A stretch of 64,000 bases of DNA from a virus: positions 1-64,000 of IMG/VR virus record IMGVR_UViG_3300044716_000844, one strand, 5' to 3'. Numbering within the stretch: position 1 is the first letter of the stretch; every line of letters starts with the position of its first letter. The notes under the pieces were generated by a model. The model saw nothing but the letters and a program-made list of their open reading frames with translations. It had not been told where the DNA came from and did not search any database. Positions 50,192 through 59,671 of the stretch are shown here, piece by piece. The position numbers were made by a program, and so were the translations under genes.

Positions 50192-51769
50192 ATGCAGCTA
50201 TTTGGCTTTGAGATCAAACGTAAAGAAGAAGCAAAGGATACAGTGCGATCCTTTGCTGAACCTATTAATGACGACGGTGCAGTATCTATTGCTTCCGGCG
50301 GTTCTCAGAGTACTTTCGTTGATCTTGATGGAACTGCAAAAACTGAAGCAGAACTTGTTAACAGATATCGTTCAATGTTGCAACAACCAGAGGTTCAAGC
50401 AGCCGTAGACGATATCGTTAACGAAGCGATTACGATTGCCGACGACAAACCTCCGGTCGAGTGTGTAACTGACGACTTAGAGATGCCAGACTCAATCAAG
50501 AAAAAGATTCGTGAAGAGTTTGATAACGTATTAAAGCTCCTTGACTTTAGTAATCAGGGATATGAGATCTTTACTCGTTGGTATGTTGACGGTAGACTCC
50601 ATTATCATGTGATGATCGATGAGTCTTCTCCTCGTCGTGGTATTGTTGAACTTCGTTCTATAGACCCTCGTAAATTGAGAAAAGTGCGTGAGTACGAAAA
50701 AGAGAAGGTAACACCTGGCTCTCAATTCGCGTTCAGAAAGTTAAAGAACGAGTACTACATGTACTCAGAACGTGGGTATGACGCGGCGTCAGTAACGAAT
50801 AGTATTGGTACTATTGACTCTATTCAGGGTCTTAAGATCGCAAAAGATTCCATCATTAGCTGTAACTCTGGTGTGCTGAATGAAAGGAATACAATCGTTC
50901 TTTCTCATTTGCACAAAGCGTATAAACCACTTAACCAACTTCGTATGATGGAAGACGCAGTCGTTATCTATCGTATCTCTCGTGCTCCTGAACGTCGTAT
51001 CTTTTATATCGATGTTGGTAACCTTCCGAAGGTAAAGGCAGAACAGTATCTTCGTGAGATGATGGTTAACCATAAGAACAAACTTGTATACGATGCATCA
51101 ACTGGCGAGATGAGAGATGATCGTAAGTTTATGACGATCACTGATGACTTCTGGCTTCCACGCCGTGAAGGCAACCGCGGCACTGAGATCACGTCTCTTC
51201 CAGGTGGCCAGAACCTTGGTGAGATGGATGACGTTGTTTACTTTCAACGTAAACTATATAAGTCTTTAAACGTTCCTATCTCTCGTCTCGAACCTGAAAC
51301 CGGGTTCTCACTCGGAAGATCATCTGAAATTTCTCGTGATGAAGTAAAGTTCGCTAAGTTTATTCGTAGATTGCGTTCGCGGTTCTCAAACATCTTTGAC
51401 AAAGCTCTAGAAAAGCAACTCATTCTAAAAGGTATCATCAAGCCAGAAGAGTGGGATATAATTAAGGATAAGCTTCGTTATAACTTCCAACTCGATAACC
51501 ATTTCGAAGAGTTGAAGCAAGCAGAAATTGTTCGCGACAGATTGAGTGTTCTTGCTGATATTAATAATTATGCTGGAGACTACTACTCAAAAGCGTGGAT
51601 TCGTAAGAACGTACTACATATGTCTGAAGATGAAATCGAAGACATCAAGAAACAAATTGATCAAGAAGCAAAAGATGAACCGCCTGAAGATAATCAACAA
51701 GATGGTCCTGGCGTAGTTCCACAACAAATTGATTCAAATCCTCAGAATGAACCAAATAAAGGAGACTAA
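50192..51769 (+). CDS. gp20: Portal protein gp20
   Basis: YRISRAPERRIFYIDVGNLPK.KAEQY; DFWLPRREG.RGTEITSLPGGQNLG. Confidence 0.97.
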   Translation: MQLFGFEIKRKEEAKDTVRSFAEPINDDGAVSIASGGSQSTFVDLDGTAKTEAELVNRYRSMLQQPEVQAAVDDIVNEAITIADDKPPVECVTDDLEMPDSIKKKIREEFDNVLKLLDFSNQGYEIFTRWYVDGRLHYHVMIDESSPRRGIVELRSIDPRKLRKVREYEKEKVTPGSQFAFRKLKNEYYMYSERGYDAASVTNSIGTIDSIQGLKIAKDSIISCNSGVLNERNTIVLSHLHKAYKPLNQLRMMEDAVVIYRISRAPERRIFYIDVGNLPKVKAEQYLREMMVNHKNKLVYDASTGEMRDDRKFMTITDDFWLPRREGNRGTEITSLPGGQNLGEMDDVVYFQRKLYKSLNVPISRLEPETGFSLGRSSEISRDEVKFAKFIRRLRSRFSNIFDKALEKQLILKGIIKPEEWDIIKDKLRYNFQLDNHFEELKQAEIVRDRLSVLADINNYAGDYYSKAWIRKNVLHMSEDEIEDIKKQIDQEAKDEPPEDNQQDGPGVVPQQIDSNPQNEPNKGD

Positions 51770-51771
51770 AT

Positions 51772-52239
51772 ATGTCAATTAAAGATCTTATTTCAGCAGC
51801 TATCTATAAAGATGCGTCTGCCTTTGAATCCACTTTTGCTGATATCATGCAAGCAAAAGTGTCTGCAGCTATTGAAGCTCGCTTCTCACCTGTCGCAGAA
51901 GAGCTCGACCTCGAAGAATCAAAAGATGAAGATGAAGACGAGGAAGACGAAGAAGAAGAAGATGATGAAGACGAGGATGAAGATGAAGACGAGGATGAAG
52001 ATGAAGATGAAGATATGAAAGAAGAAGCCGATCAAATCGACGAAATTTCAGACGACAAGCTTCGTAGCTACCACGCAGCAGCTGGTGCTGACCGCAAGAA
52101 AGCAAAGGCTGAAGTCGAAAAAGGTATGGCTGCGAAAAAGTTCACTCCTGCAAGTGTTCAAAAAACTTCAGACTCGTACAAGCGTTTTGTTAAGCGTGGC
52201 AAAGGTATGACCACTGCTGCAAACAAGATGTCAGAATAA
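51772..52239 (+). CDS. Prohead core protein, gp67-like, with acidic tract
   Basis: Position after the portal gene; ~30-residue D/E run. Confidence 0.55.
   Translation: MSIKDLISAAIYKDASAFESTFADIMQAKVSAAIEARFSPVAEELDLEESKDEDEDEEDEEEEDDEDEDEDEDEDEDEDEDMKEEADQIDEISDDKLRSYHAAAGADRKKAKAEVEKGMAAKKFTPASVQKTSDSYKRFVKRGKGMTTAANKMSE
51925..52015 (+). repeat. GAW/GAC/GAG low-complexity tract encoding poly-D/E
   Basis: gatgaagatgaagacgag... repeats. Confidence 0.85.
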
Positions 52240-52250
52240 TAGGTACTAAA

Positions 52251-53402
52251 ATGAAATCATTTAAAAAAATCCTAGAAACTGTTTACCGCCCAAAAGGCGG
52301 AGATGAACAGGCTTTTCTTGACAAACATGTCATTAATGTTCTAGCTCATCCAACTGCTACTGAGTTTCAGTTCAAAGGTGCTAAGCCGCCAAAGGCTAAG
52401 CGCAAAGCTGACTATGATGAAAAAGAAGATCAAAAGGTTTATGAAGCAGCTGAGGTACACACCAAGCGCGCTGACAAAGAACCAGTCATTGTTCGTGCAG
52501 TAGATCCTAAGACGGGTGCTAGCAAGACAAAGGCCGTCATGCGTCGTGCTGGAGAGATTAAAATTGGTGAAGAAGTCGAGCTTGACGAATCTATCACAAA
52601 GATGTCCGATGCACGTCTAAAGTTTCATGCTACAAAAAACGTACCACACGGCAGCTATACTCGTAAAGAAGTAGAAGATGAACATAAACGCCGGATGAAA
52701 ACTGGTGGTATTTCATATACTTCTGTTAAGCCTTCATTGAACGAAGATGCCGATCTTGACGAGAAAGTAGATAATCCATACGCAGTCGGCATGGCTGCTG
52801 CTATGAAGTCAACTGGTGATACACCTCCTTTGAAGAAATCAACTATCGTTAAAGGTCATGAGATCGCAAAGAGCATCAAGAAAGAAGCAATGGATCCAGT
52901 CGGTAAGCACGATGCTGATATCGACAACGACGGTGACACTGACAAGTCTGACAAGTACTTAATCGCTCGTCGTAAGGCGATTGGCAAAGCACTTCGTAAA
53001 GAAGAAGCAGATCTTGAAGAAGCTACAGACTGGATTGTACATGTTCATAAGCCAGTGAATAAACTAAAGGCTGGTCAGTTTGTAAAAGTAAAAGCGCGTA
53101 ACCAAGCAGAAGCAATTCGCAAAGGTGCTGCGAAGCATGGTGACGATTCAGCAAGACATGGTGACTTTCTTCGTGCAAAGAAGATGAACGAAGAAACCGA
53201 AGAACTTGATGAAGCTTTCAAGATTGGTGCGATGAAACTCAAAGATGGTTCTTCTGTAACACTTACTCGTGAAGATGTTGATGCGTTAAACAGTTTGTCT
53301 AAACTTCTTAATAGCGCTAATCAATCCAAAATGCAGGATCAAGTGACATCTAGTAAAAAAGAATTTAATCAAATCCTAGCATTTGCAAAGGAAGCAGTGT
53401 AA
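52251..53402 (+). CDS. Prohead core/internal head protein (gp68 position)
   Basis: 383 aa, K/E-rich; repeated (E/D)L(D/E)E linkers; DADIDNDGDTDKSD motif. Confidence 0.55.
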   Translation: MKSFKKILETVYRPKGGDEQAFLDKHVINVLAHPTATEFQFKGAKPPKAKRKADYDEKEDQKVYEAAEVHTKRADKEPVIVRAVDPKTGASKTKAVMRRAGEIKIGEEVELDESITKMSDARLKFHATKNVPHGSYTRKEVEDEHKRRMKTGGISYTSVKPSLNEDADLDEKVDNPYAVGMAAAMKSTGDTPPLKKSTIVKGHEIAKSIKKEAMDPVGKHDADIDNDGDTDKSDKYLIARRKAIGKALRKEEADLEEATDWIVHVHKPVNKLKAGQFVKVKARNQAEAIRKGAAKHGDDSARHGDFLRAKKMNEETEELDEAFKIGAMKLKDGSSVTLTREDVDALNSLSKLLNSANQSKMQDQVTSSKKEFNQILAFAKEAV

Positions 53403-53650
53403 TGGTTGATATTATTCTTAAGCCAACTGGTACTCAGGTAAATATTTCTACCGCGAATACCGTTCATAACTCAACGTTGGTGCGGGTTTACGCACCAACT
53501 GAAGCCCTTGTTACATACTCTGATTCTACTAATGCTACAATTGGTACTATCACGATTCCTGCTGGATTTGTTGAAATTATGGAGAAACTCCGTACGGATA
53601 AACTCTCGGCGAACACGACAGTCTGGGCTACTCCATTGGCTTATAAATAA
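53402..53650 (+). CDS. Hypothetical protein
   Basis: 82 aa, TAATG-coupled. Confidence 0.6.
   Translation: MVDIILKPTGTQVNISTANTVHNSTLVRVYAPTEALVTYSDSTNATIGTITIPAGFVEIMEKLRTDKLSANTTVWATPLAYK
53642..53649 (+). promoter_or_regulatory. T4-type late promoter
   Basis: TATAAATA just upstream of the gp21 RBS. Confidence 0.75.
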
Positions 53651-53667
53651 AGAAAAAGGAGATTAAT

Positions 53668-54327
53668 ATGGCCTTACTTATTAAAGATATCGTCGAAGAG
53701 GTTCAGTATATTACTGAAGCTACCGAAAAGGGTGAAAAGAACTATTACATCGAAGGTATCATCATGCAAGGTGATATTAAGAATCGTAATGGCCGTATTT
53801 ACCCGTCAAACGTTTTAATGCGCGAAATGAATCGTTATAACGAGAACTATGTGTCAAAGAATCGTGCATTTGGCGAACTTGGCCACCCACAGGGGCCAAC
53901 CATTAATCTTGATAGAGTTTCACACCTATTTACAGAATTAAGAGCCGATGGTTCAAACGTTGTAGGTAAAGCTAAAATTACTAAAACTCCTATGGGTGAT
54001 GTTGTTAAAGGACTCATCGATAGCGGTGCTCAATTAGGAATTTCTTCCCGTGGAATGGGATCTGTGAAGCCAAATGAAAAGGGCATCATGGAAGTACAAA
54101 ATGACTTTATGCTTGCTACGGCAGGTGATATTGTCGCAGACCCATCAGCTCCAGATGCTTTTGTAAAAGGTATTATGGAAGGTGTTGAATGGATCTACGA
54201 CGTTGCGGCTTCTTCATGGACAGTGGCAAACACTTTTGATCAAATTGAAGAAGAAGTAAAAAAATCGAAGCAGATCGATGAAGCCGCTGCTTTAAAGATG
54301 TTCGAAAAGTTCTTAAAGAGCATGTAA
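53668..54327 (+). CDS. gp21: Prohead protease gp21
   Basis: NRNGRIYP; GELGHP; GISSRGMGS; DIVADPSAPDAFV. Confidence 0.96.
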   Translation: MALLIKDIVEEVQYITEATEKGEKNYYIEGIIMQGDIKNRNGRIYPSNVLMREMNRYNENYVSKNRAFGELGHPQGPTINLDRVSHLFTELRADGSNVVGKAKITKTPMGDVVKGLIDSGAQLGISSRGMGSVKPNEKGIMEVQNDFMLATAGDIVADPSAPDAFVKGIMEGVEWIYDVAASSWTVANTFDQIEEEVKKSKQIDEAAALKMFEKFLKSM

Positions 54328-54346
54328 TTAACAAAATTTGAAATAT

Positions 54347-54354
54347 TATAAATA
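54347..54354 (+). promoter_or_regulatory. T4-type late promoter
   Basis: Intergenic TATAAATA upstream of gp22. Confidence 0.85.
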
Positions 54355-54392
54355 ATATTGATTATTTGAATCATCACAAAGGAGAACCTTAA

Positions 54393-55310
54393 ATGGATGT
54401 AAATCTAGAAAAAGGGTTAGAGGAAGCAAAAGCAACTGGCGAAGACTCAATGTCAACCGATCCAGTTACACCAGCTGGCGGCGCAGTAAAGAAGCGCAAA
54501 GCAGATGCTTTCAAATCTGACTCGACTGCGCAAGCAGACAACGTTGAAAAGAACGTTAAGACCCCACAGGGCAGCAACAATGCTGGTCTACATGAAATGA
54601 TCGAAGCTATCTTTGGTGATGCAGATCTTTCAGAGGACTTCAAGAGCAAAACCACAACATTGTTTGAAGCAGCTCTCCATGAGAAAGCTGAAGCAATTCG
54701 TGCAGAGCTTGAAGAGCAGTTTGAAGCTGATCTTAATGAGCAAGTTGAAGCTATTGTAGAAGACCTTACCGACAAAGTTGATTCATACCTTGACTACGTC
54801 GTTGAGAACTGGATGAAAGAAAACGAAGTCGCTCTTGAGTCTGGTTTCAAAGTTGAAGTTGCTGAGTCAATCATCGCTGGCCTTAAGTCACTTGTCGAAG
54901 ATCATAAGATTGATATCGAAGACGAAGAGCTCGAAGCACTTGCAGCAATGGAAGAAGAAGTTGCTCAGTCTACTGCTAAGTACAATGCTCTATTCGAAGA
55001 GCTTCTTGCAGAGCGTGCAGAGAAGGAAGAGCTTCAGAAGAATGCAGCGCTTTCACACTTCACTGAAGGCATGGTAGCAACTGATGCAGAGCGCTTCAAG
55101 GTTCTTGCAGAAGGCGTTTCTTATGAGTCAGTTGATGACTTTGCTAAGAAGCTTGAGACCATCAAAGAGTCATACTTCACTGAGCAAGTTGTTCGTGCAG
55201 AAGATCAAGCAGAAGTCCTCGAGGAAGAAGTAGAAGAAGTAAAGGCTCCTGTACTTGAACCTTCGGTTTCGGCTTACGTCGCATCACTAAACAAATTTAG
55301 TAAATCTTAA
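54393..55310 (+). CDS. gp22: Prohead scaffolding protein gp22
   Basis: LSEDFKSKTTTLFEAA; VDSYLDYVVENWMKENEVA; KLETIKESYF. Confidence 0.92.
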   Translation: MDVNLEKGLEEAKATGEDSMSTDPVTPAGGAVKKRKADAFKSDSTAQADNVEKNVKTPQGSNNAGLHEMIEAIFGDADLSEDFKSKTTTLFEAALHEKAEAIRAELEEQFEADLNEQVEAIVEDLTDKVDSYLDYVVENWMKENEVALESGFKVEVAESIIAGLKSLVEDHKIDIEDEELEALAAMEEEVAQSTAKYNALFEELLAERAEKEELQKNAALSHFTEGMVATDAERFKVLAEGVSYESVDDFAKKLETIKESYFTEQVVRAEDQAEVLEEEVEEVKAPVLEPSVSAYVASLNKFSKS

Positions 55311-55314
55311 TTTA

Positions 55315-55322
55315 TATAAATA
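55315..55322 (+). promoter_or_regulatory. T4-type late promoter
   Basis: Intergenic TATAAATA upstream of gp23. Confidence 0.88.
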
Positions 55323-55357
55323 TACTAGATTAAATCCATCAAAGGAGATCATAAAAA

Positions 55358-56641
55358 ATGAGAAACGAAGAACTATTGAAGAAGTGGGGCCCAGTGCTTG
55401 AGCACACCGCTCTTCCATCGATCAAGGATGCACATCGTAAAGCTGTCACCGCTCAGCTTCTCGAGAACACCGAAGTCGCTATCCGGGAAGGTCAGACATA
55501 CGGTTCTGGTTCTTTCCTTACAGAAACCCCAGTGAACAACACTGGCGTTGCTGCAAACTACGATCCAGTGCTTATTAGCCTTGTTCGTCGTGCAATGCCT
55601 AACTTGATCGCATACGACATTGCTGGCGTTCAGCCAATGACTGGCCCAACCGGCTTGATCTTCGCAATGCGTTCAAACTACGCAAACACCACCGCCGCAA
55701 CAGCAGAAGCTTTCTACGGCGAAGCTGACACTGACTTCTCAGGCACCGGCACAATGGCTGGTTCAACCGGTAACGTTGCTACTGCAAACACTGGTACTGG
55801 TATGTCAACAGCAGCTGCTGAAGCTCTTGGTGACGGTGCTGGAACTGACTTCGCACAAATGTCATTCGACATTTCGAAGGTTACAGTTTCTGCTAAGAGC
55901 CGTGCGCTTAAAGCAGAATACACCAGTGAACTTGCACAGGACTTGAAAGCAATTCACGGCCTTGACGCTGAGACTGAGCTTGCAAACATGCTTCAGGCTG
56001 AGCTTCTTGCAGAAATCAACCGTGAAGTTGTTCGTACAGTCTACAACACTGCAGTCACCGGTGCACAAACTGGTACAGCAACCGCTGGTATCTTCGACCT
56101 TGACGTTGACGCAAATGGCCGTTGGTCAGTTGAGAAGTTCAAGGGTCTTATGTTCCAGATCGAGCGCGAAGCTAACCAGCTCGCAAAAGACACCCGTCGT
56201 GGTAAGGGTAACATCATCATCTGCTCGTCAGATGTTGCATCTGCTCTTCAAATGGCTGGTATCCTTGACTACACCCCAGCGCTTAACAGCAATGCTCTTA
56301 ACGTAGACGACACCGGCAACACCTTCGCAGGTGTTCTCAATGGTCGCTTCCGCGTATACATTGACCCATATGCTGGCGCAAACTACATGGTTGTCGGCTA
56401 CAAAGGTTCTTCACCTTTCGACGCTGGTATGTTCTACTGCCCATACGTTCCACTACAGATGGTACGTGCAGTTGGTGAGAACAGCTTCCAGGCTAAAATC
56501 GGCTTCAAAACCCGTTACGGCATGGTTGCTAACCCATTCGCAAAAGGCGCGACCAGATGGGTTGACGGCGATAACGATTCGGGTCTTACCAATAACTCGA
56601 ACAGATACTACCGTCGCGTTCGCGTCACCAACATCCTCTAA
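55358..56641 (+). CDS. gp23: Major capsid protein gp23
   Basis: GVQPMTGPTGLIFAMR; ELAQDLKAIHGLDAE.EL; FYCPYVPL; GFKTRYG. Confidence 0.98.
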   Translation: MRNEELLKKWGPVLEHTALPSIKDAHRKAVTAQLLENTEVAIREGQTYGSGSFLTETPVNNTGVAANYDPVLISLVRRAMPNLIAYDIAGVQPMTGPTGLIFAMRSNYANTTAATAEAFYGEADTDFSGTGTMAGSTGNVATANTGTGMSTAAAEALGDGAGTDFAQMSFDISKVTVSAKSRALKAEYTSELAQDLKAIHGLDAETELANMLQAELLAEINREVVRTVYNTAVTGAQTGTATAGIFDLDVDANGRWSVEKFKGLMFQIEREANQLAKDTRRGKGNIIICSSDVASALQMAGILDYTPALNSNALNVDDTGNTFAGVLNGRFRVYIDPYAGANYMVVGYKGSSPFDAGMFYCPYVPLQMVRAVGENSFQAKIGFKTRYGMVANPFAKGATRWVDGDNDSGLTNNSNRYYRRVRVTNIL

Positions 56642-56670
56642 TAAAAAGAGTAGGGATAACCTACCAGAAC

Positions 56671-56694
56671 TGGGAGCCTTCGGGCTCCCATTTT
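56671..56694 (+). terminator. Rho-independent terminator with cUUCGg tetraloop
   Basis: TGGGAGCC-TTCG-GGCTCCCA-TTTT after gp23. Confidence 0.9.
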
Positions 56695-56703
56695 CGTTGG
56701 TGC

Positions 56704-56711
56704 TATAAATA
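56704..56711 (+). promoter_or_regulatory. T4-type late promoter
   Basis: TATAAATA after the terminator, upstream of gp3. Confidence 0.85.
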
Positions 56712-56736
56712 TAGTAGGTATCAACTGAGGTAATTC

Positions 56737-57228
56737 ATGCAACAGAATTTTCTTTCTCCTACTGGATTTAGATTCATAGTCAAAAGGCTACCAAACGTTT
56801 CGTTCTACGTACAGTCAGCAAGTATTCCAGGCATTAACATGGGATTTACACCAAACGCTACGCCGTTTAGAACCCTCAAATATGCTGGTGACAAATTAAA
56901 CCACGAGTCGTTTACTATCACCATGCGTGTAGATGAATACATGGAATCTTATAATGAGATATATAACTGGATGGTTGCGCTTACAAAGAATGAATCATAT
57001 TCGCAGTTTGCAGATCTAAAGGCGAGTGAATACGGTTTGTACTCAGATGCTTCTCTCGTTGTTCTAAACAGCCGTCAAAATCCTTCGCTCGAAGTTACTC
57101 TCAAAGATGTATTTCCGGTATCGCTTAGTGAAATTCGATTTGATACAACTCAATCAAGTATCAACTACGTTACCTGTGATGTCACGTTCGAACACAACGG
57201 ACATACAGTGAACCGAATAAACGGTTGA
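56737..57228 (+). CDS. gp3: Tail completion/tube terminator protein gp3
   Basis: NFLSPTGF; VQSASIPGI; YNEIYNWM; FPVSLS. Confidence 0.85.
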   Translation: MQQNFLSPTGFRFIVKRLPNVSFYVQSASIPGINMGFTPNATPFRTLKYAGDKLNHESFTITMRVDEYMESYNEIYNWMVALTKNESYSQFADLKASEYGLYSDASLVVLNSRQNPSLEVTLKDVFPVSLSEIRFDTTQSSINYVTCDVTFEHNGHTVNRING

Positions 57229-57253
57229 CATTTCCCTTCATCTGTAATATTAT
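57225..57253 (+). promoter_or_regulatory. Sigma70-type promoter upstream of uvsY
   Basis: TTGACA (57225-30), 17-bp spacer, TATTAT (57248-53). Confidence 0.75.
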
Positions 57254-57279
57254 AGTATGAAAACGTGAAGGAGATGATG

Positions 57280-57714
57280 ATGGATATTGAAACACTTTAT
57301 AACGAATGGGCTAAGGACGGAGAAATTGATCAATCAAACATCTCCAAGTCAACCACAGACATCCCGAAGCTTCACAATAAATACTTCAGATGGTATGTCG
57401 AAGAAGGCTTGAAACTCAAGAAGCTGAAAGCCGAATACAAAGTTCTCTACAAGCGCAAAGGCGAATGGTACCGTGGAGAACTTGACGACGAGGAATTAAA
57501 GGAACACGGTTGGAAACCACAGCCCCTCAAAATTCTTCGAGCTGACGTGCCGTCATATCTTGAAGCCGATGCCGACGTTATTAGGTTGTCGCTGAAGATT
57601 GGACTTCAAGAAGAGATTGTAGCATATCTCGAATCAATCATTAAACATATTAGTAATAGAAACTTTCTGCTTAAAACAATCGTAGATTGGGAGAAGTTCA
57701 GAACAGGGGCATAA
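57280..57714 (+). CDS. uvsY: Recombination mediator UvsY
   Basis: W.KD..ID; IPKLHNKY; YLEAD; RNFLLKTIVDWEKF; start chosen from AGGAG spacing. Confidence 0.88.
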   Translation: MDIETLYNEWAKDGEIDQSNISKSTTDIPKLHNKYFRWYVEEGLKLKKLKAEYKVLYKRKGEWYRGELDDEELKEHGWKPQPLKILRADVPSYLEADADVIRLSLKIGLQEEIVAYLESIIKHISNRNFLLKTIVDWEKFRTGA

Positions 57715-59171
57715 TGGATTTAGTAACTGTTGAAAAAGTGAATGAGGTGTTTGTTCGTGTTCTAGCAGAACCTTCGTTGAAGATGGAAATGTCTGAGCAC
57801 TTTACTTTTGAAGTGCCAGGAGCTAAGTTTATGCCTGCAGTCCGAAATAAAGTTTGGGACGGCAAAGTGCGTTTGTTAAATACCATGACTGGATATATCT
57901 ATGCGGGCTTGGTTCCATACATCAAAAAATTCTGTGACCAGCGCGGTTATGAATGTTCCGTATCAAAAGAGCTTGGTGAAACAGAAGCTGTACCAGATGA
58001 TTACGGCTATGACTTAGCGCAACAAGTAGATGCTGCATTCGAAGTTCGTGATTACCAGAACGATGCTATTGTACATGCCATTCGTCAAAACCGTGCCTTG
58101 TTCTTATCACCAACAGCATCCGGTAAGTCATTCATCATCTACCTGATTATGGCTCACCATCTTATGCTTGATCGTAAAATTCTTATTGTCGTCCCTACTA
58201 CTTCACTAGTAGATCAAATGGCTTCAGATTTTGTTGAGTATAACAAAGGAAAGAAGCTAGACATCCATAAGATCCGTGGCGGTATGGAAAAGAACGTTGA
58301 TGCAGAGATTACTATTACTACTTGGCAATCTGTCTATAAGATGCCTAAAACTTTCTTTGAAAAATTTGACGTAGTCTTTGGTGATGAAGCCCACAACTTT
58401 AAAGCAAAGTCTCTTACATCCATCCTTGAGAAGATGCCGCATGTGAAGTATCGTTACGGTCTCACTGGTACGCTCGATGGTACACAGACACACAAGCTTG
58501 TTCTTGAAGGTTTGTTTGGAACGGTGTTTACAGTAACGAAGACAAAGAAACTTATCGACGATAATGTTCTCTCTAGCTTTAAAATTAAAGCGCTAGTACT
58601 TAAATATCCAGATGATATTAAGAAAGCAAATAAGGGTAAGTCATATCAAGAAGAAATCGATTGGATAGTTCGAAATCAATCACGAAACATGTTCATTCGA
58701 AATCTAGCTTGGAATCTTCCTGGTAACACACTTATTCTTTTCCAATATGTTGACAAACATGGCCAAGCTTTGTTCGATATGCTCAATAAGTCTGAAGAGC
58801 ATAGCGTGTACTTTGTTCACGGCGGCGTGAAAACCGATGAACGAGAAACCATACGCCATGATGTAAGAAAGACAAAAGGTAACATCATTTGTGCTTCTTA
58901 CGGTACGTTTTCTACAGGTATAAATATTCCAGAGTTGGACAACCTTATCTTTGCTTCTCCTTCTAAAGGTCGTATTCGAAATCTTCAGTCTATCGGACGA
59001 GTACTTCGTAAAGGCAAAGACAAATCATCTGCAGTACTATATGATGTAGTTGACGACTTACAGTGGAAGAATACTCAGAACTTTGCAGTTAAGCACTTCA
59101 TGGAAAGAGTCAAGATCTATAGTGAAGAAGGTTTTGAATTTAAGATCTATAATGTAGATGTGAAAGGATAA
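57714..59171 (+). CDS. uvsW: DNA helicase UvsW
   Basis: SPTASGKS; GDEAH; GLTGT; LQSIGRVLR. Confidence 0.95.
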   Translation: MDLVTVEKVNEVFVRVLAEPSLKMEMSEHFTFEVPGAKFMPAVRNKVWDGKVRLLNTMTGYIYAGLVPYIKKFCDQRGYECSVSKELGETEAVPDDYGYDLAQQVDAAFEVRDYQNDAIVHAIRQNRALFLSPTASGKSFIIYLIMAHHLMLDRKILIVVPTTSLVDQMASDFVEYNKGKKLDIHKIRGGMEKNVDAEITITTWQSVYKMPKTFFEKFDVVFGDEAHNFKAKSLTSILEKMPHVKYRYGLTGTLDGTQTHKLVLEGLFGTVFTVTKTKKLIDDNVLSSFKIKALVLKYPDDIKKANKGKSYQEEIDWIVRNQSRNMFIRNLAWNLPGNTLILFQYVDKHGQALFDMLNKSEEHSVYFVHGGVKTDERETIRHDVRKTKGNIICASYGTFSTGINIPELDNLIFASPSKGRIRNLQSIGRVLRKGKDKSSAVLYDVVDDLQWKNTQNFAVKHFMERVKIYSEEGFEFKIYNVDVKG

Positions 59172-59173
59172 AC

Positions 59174-59539
59174 ATGAAAGATCAAGTTTTACACCACGTC
59201 AAGTTAAAGAACGGAGAAGATCTTCTTTCGTTTGTAAACTACAATGACAACCAAGTAGAGTTGCATGCTCCCATCTCAGTACAGATCGATCCATCTCTTG
59301 GCATCTTCGCGAAGAGTTGGTTGTTACTTACCGAAGGGAACAGCGTAGTGATAGCTACAGACTTTGTAGTCTTTGCAAGCAAAGCTTCGAATAAAGCGGT
59401 TAACTACTACGAAGAATTCATGCACCGCATTAACGAAAGATCACAGATCAAACAGATGGAAGAAGACTCAGAATTTACTTCTGAGCTGGAAGAGCTCTTT
59501 GCAGCCTTAGTAGAATCCAAAACAGCTACTAAGAACTAA
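59174..59539 (+). CDS. Conserved T4-like hypothetical protein between uvsW and gp55
   Basis: VKLKNGEDL N-terminus; conserved position. Confidence 0.6.
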   Translation: MKDQVLHHVKLKNGEDLLSFVNYNDNQVELHAPISVQIDPSLGIFAKSWLLLTEGNSVVIATDFVVFASKASNKAVNYYEEFMHRINERSQIKQMEEDSEFTSELEELFAALVESKTATKN

Positions 59540-59559
59540 TATTTCAATACCATAAATTC

Positions 59560-59587
59560 ATTATACCCACTTCTACGCAGATGTCAA
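59560..59587 (-). promoter_or_regulatory. Antisense sigma70-type promoter
   Basis: Minus strand: TTGACA (59587-82), 16-bp spacer, TATAAT (59565-60). Confidence 0.6.
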
Positions 59588-59613
59588 CCAAAAAGTTGAA
59601 CTGAAAAGACTTG

Positions 59614-59642
59614 TTGACATTTTTGTACAGATATGATATACT
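59614..59642 (+). promoter_or_regulatory. Sigma70-type promoter upstream of gp55
   Basis: TTGACA (59614-19), 17-bp spacer, TATACT (59637-42) with extended -10 TG. Confidence 0.8.
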
Positions 59643-59671
59643 TAGTCAATAACACATGAAAAGGAGGGAGA

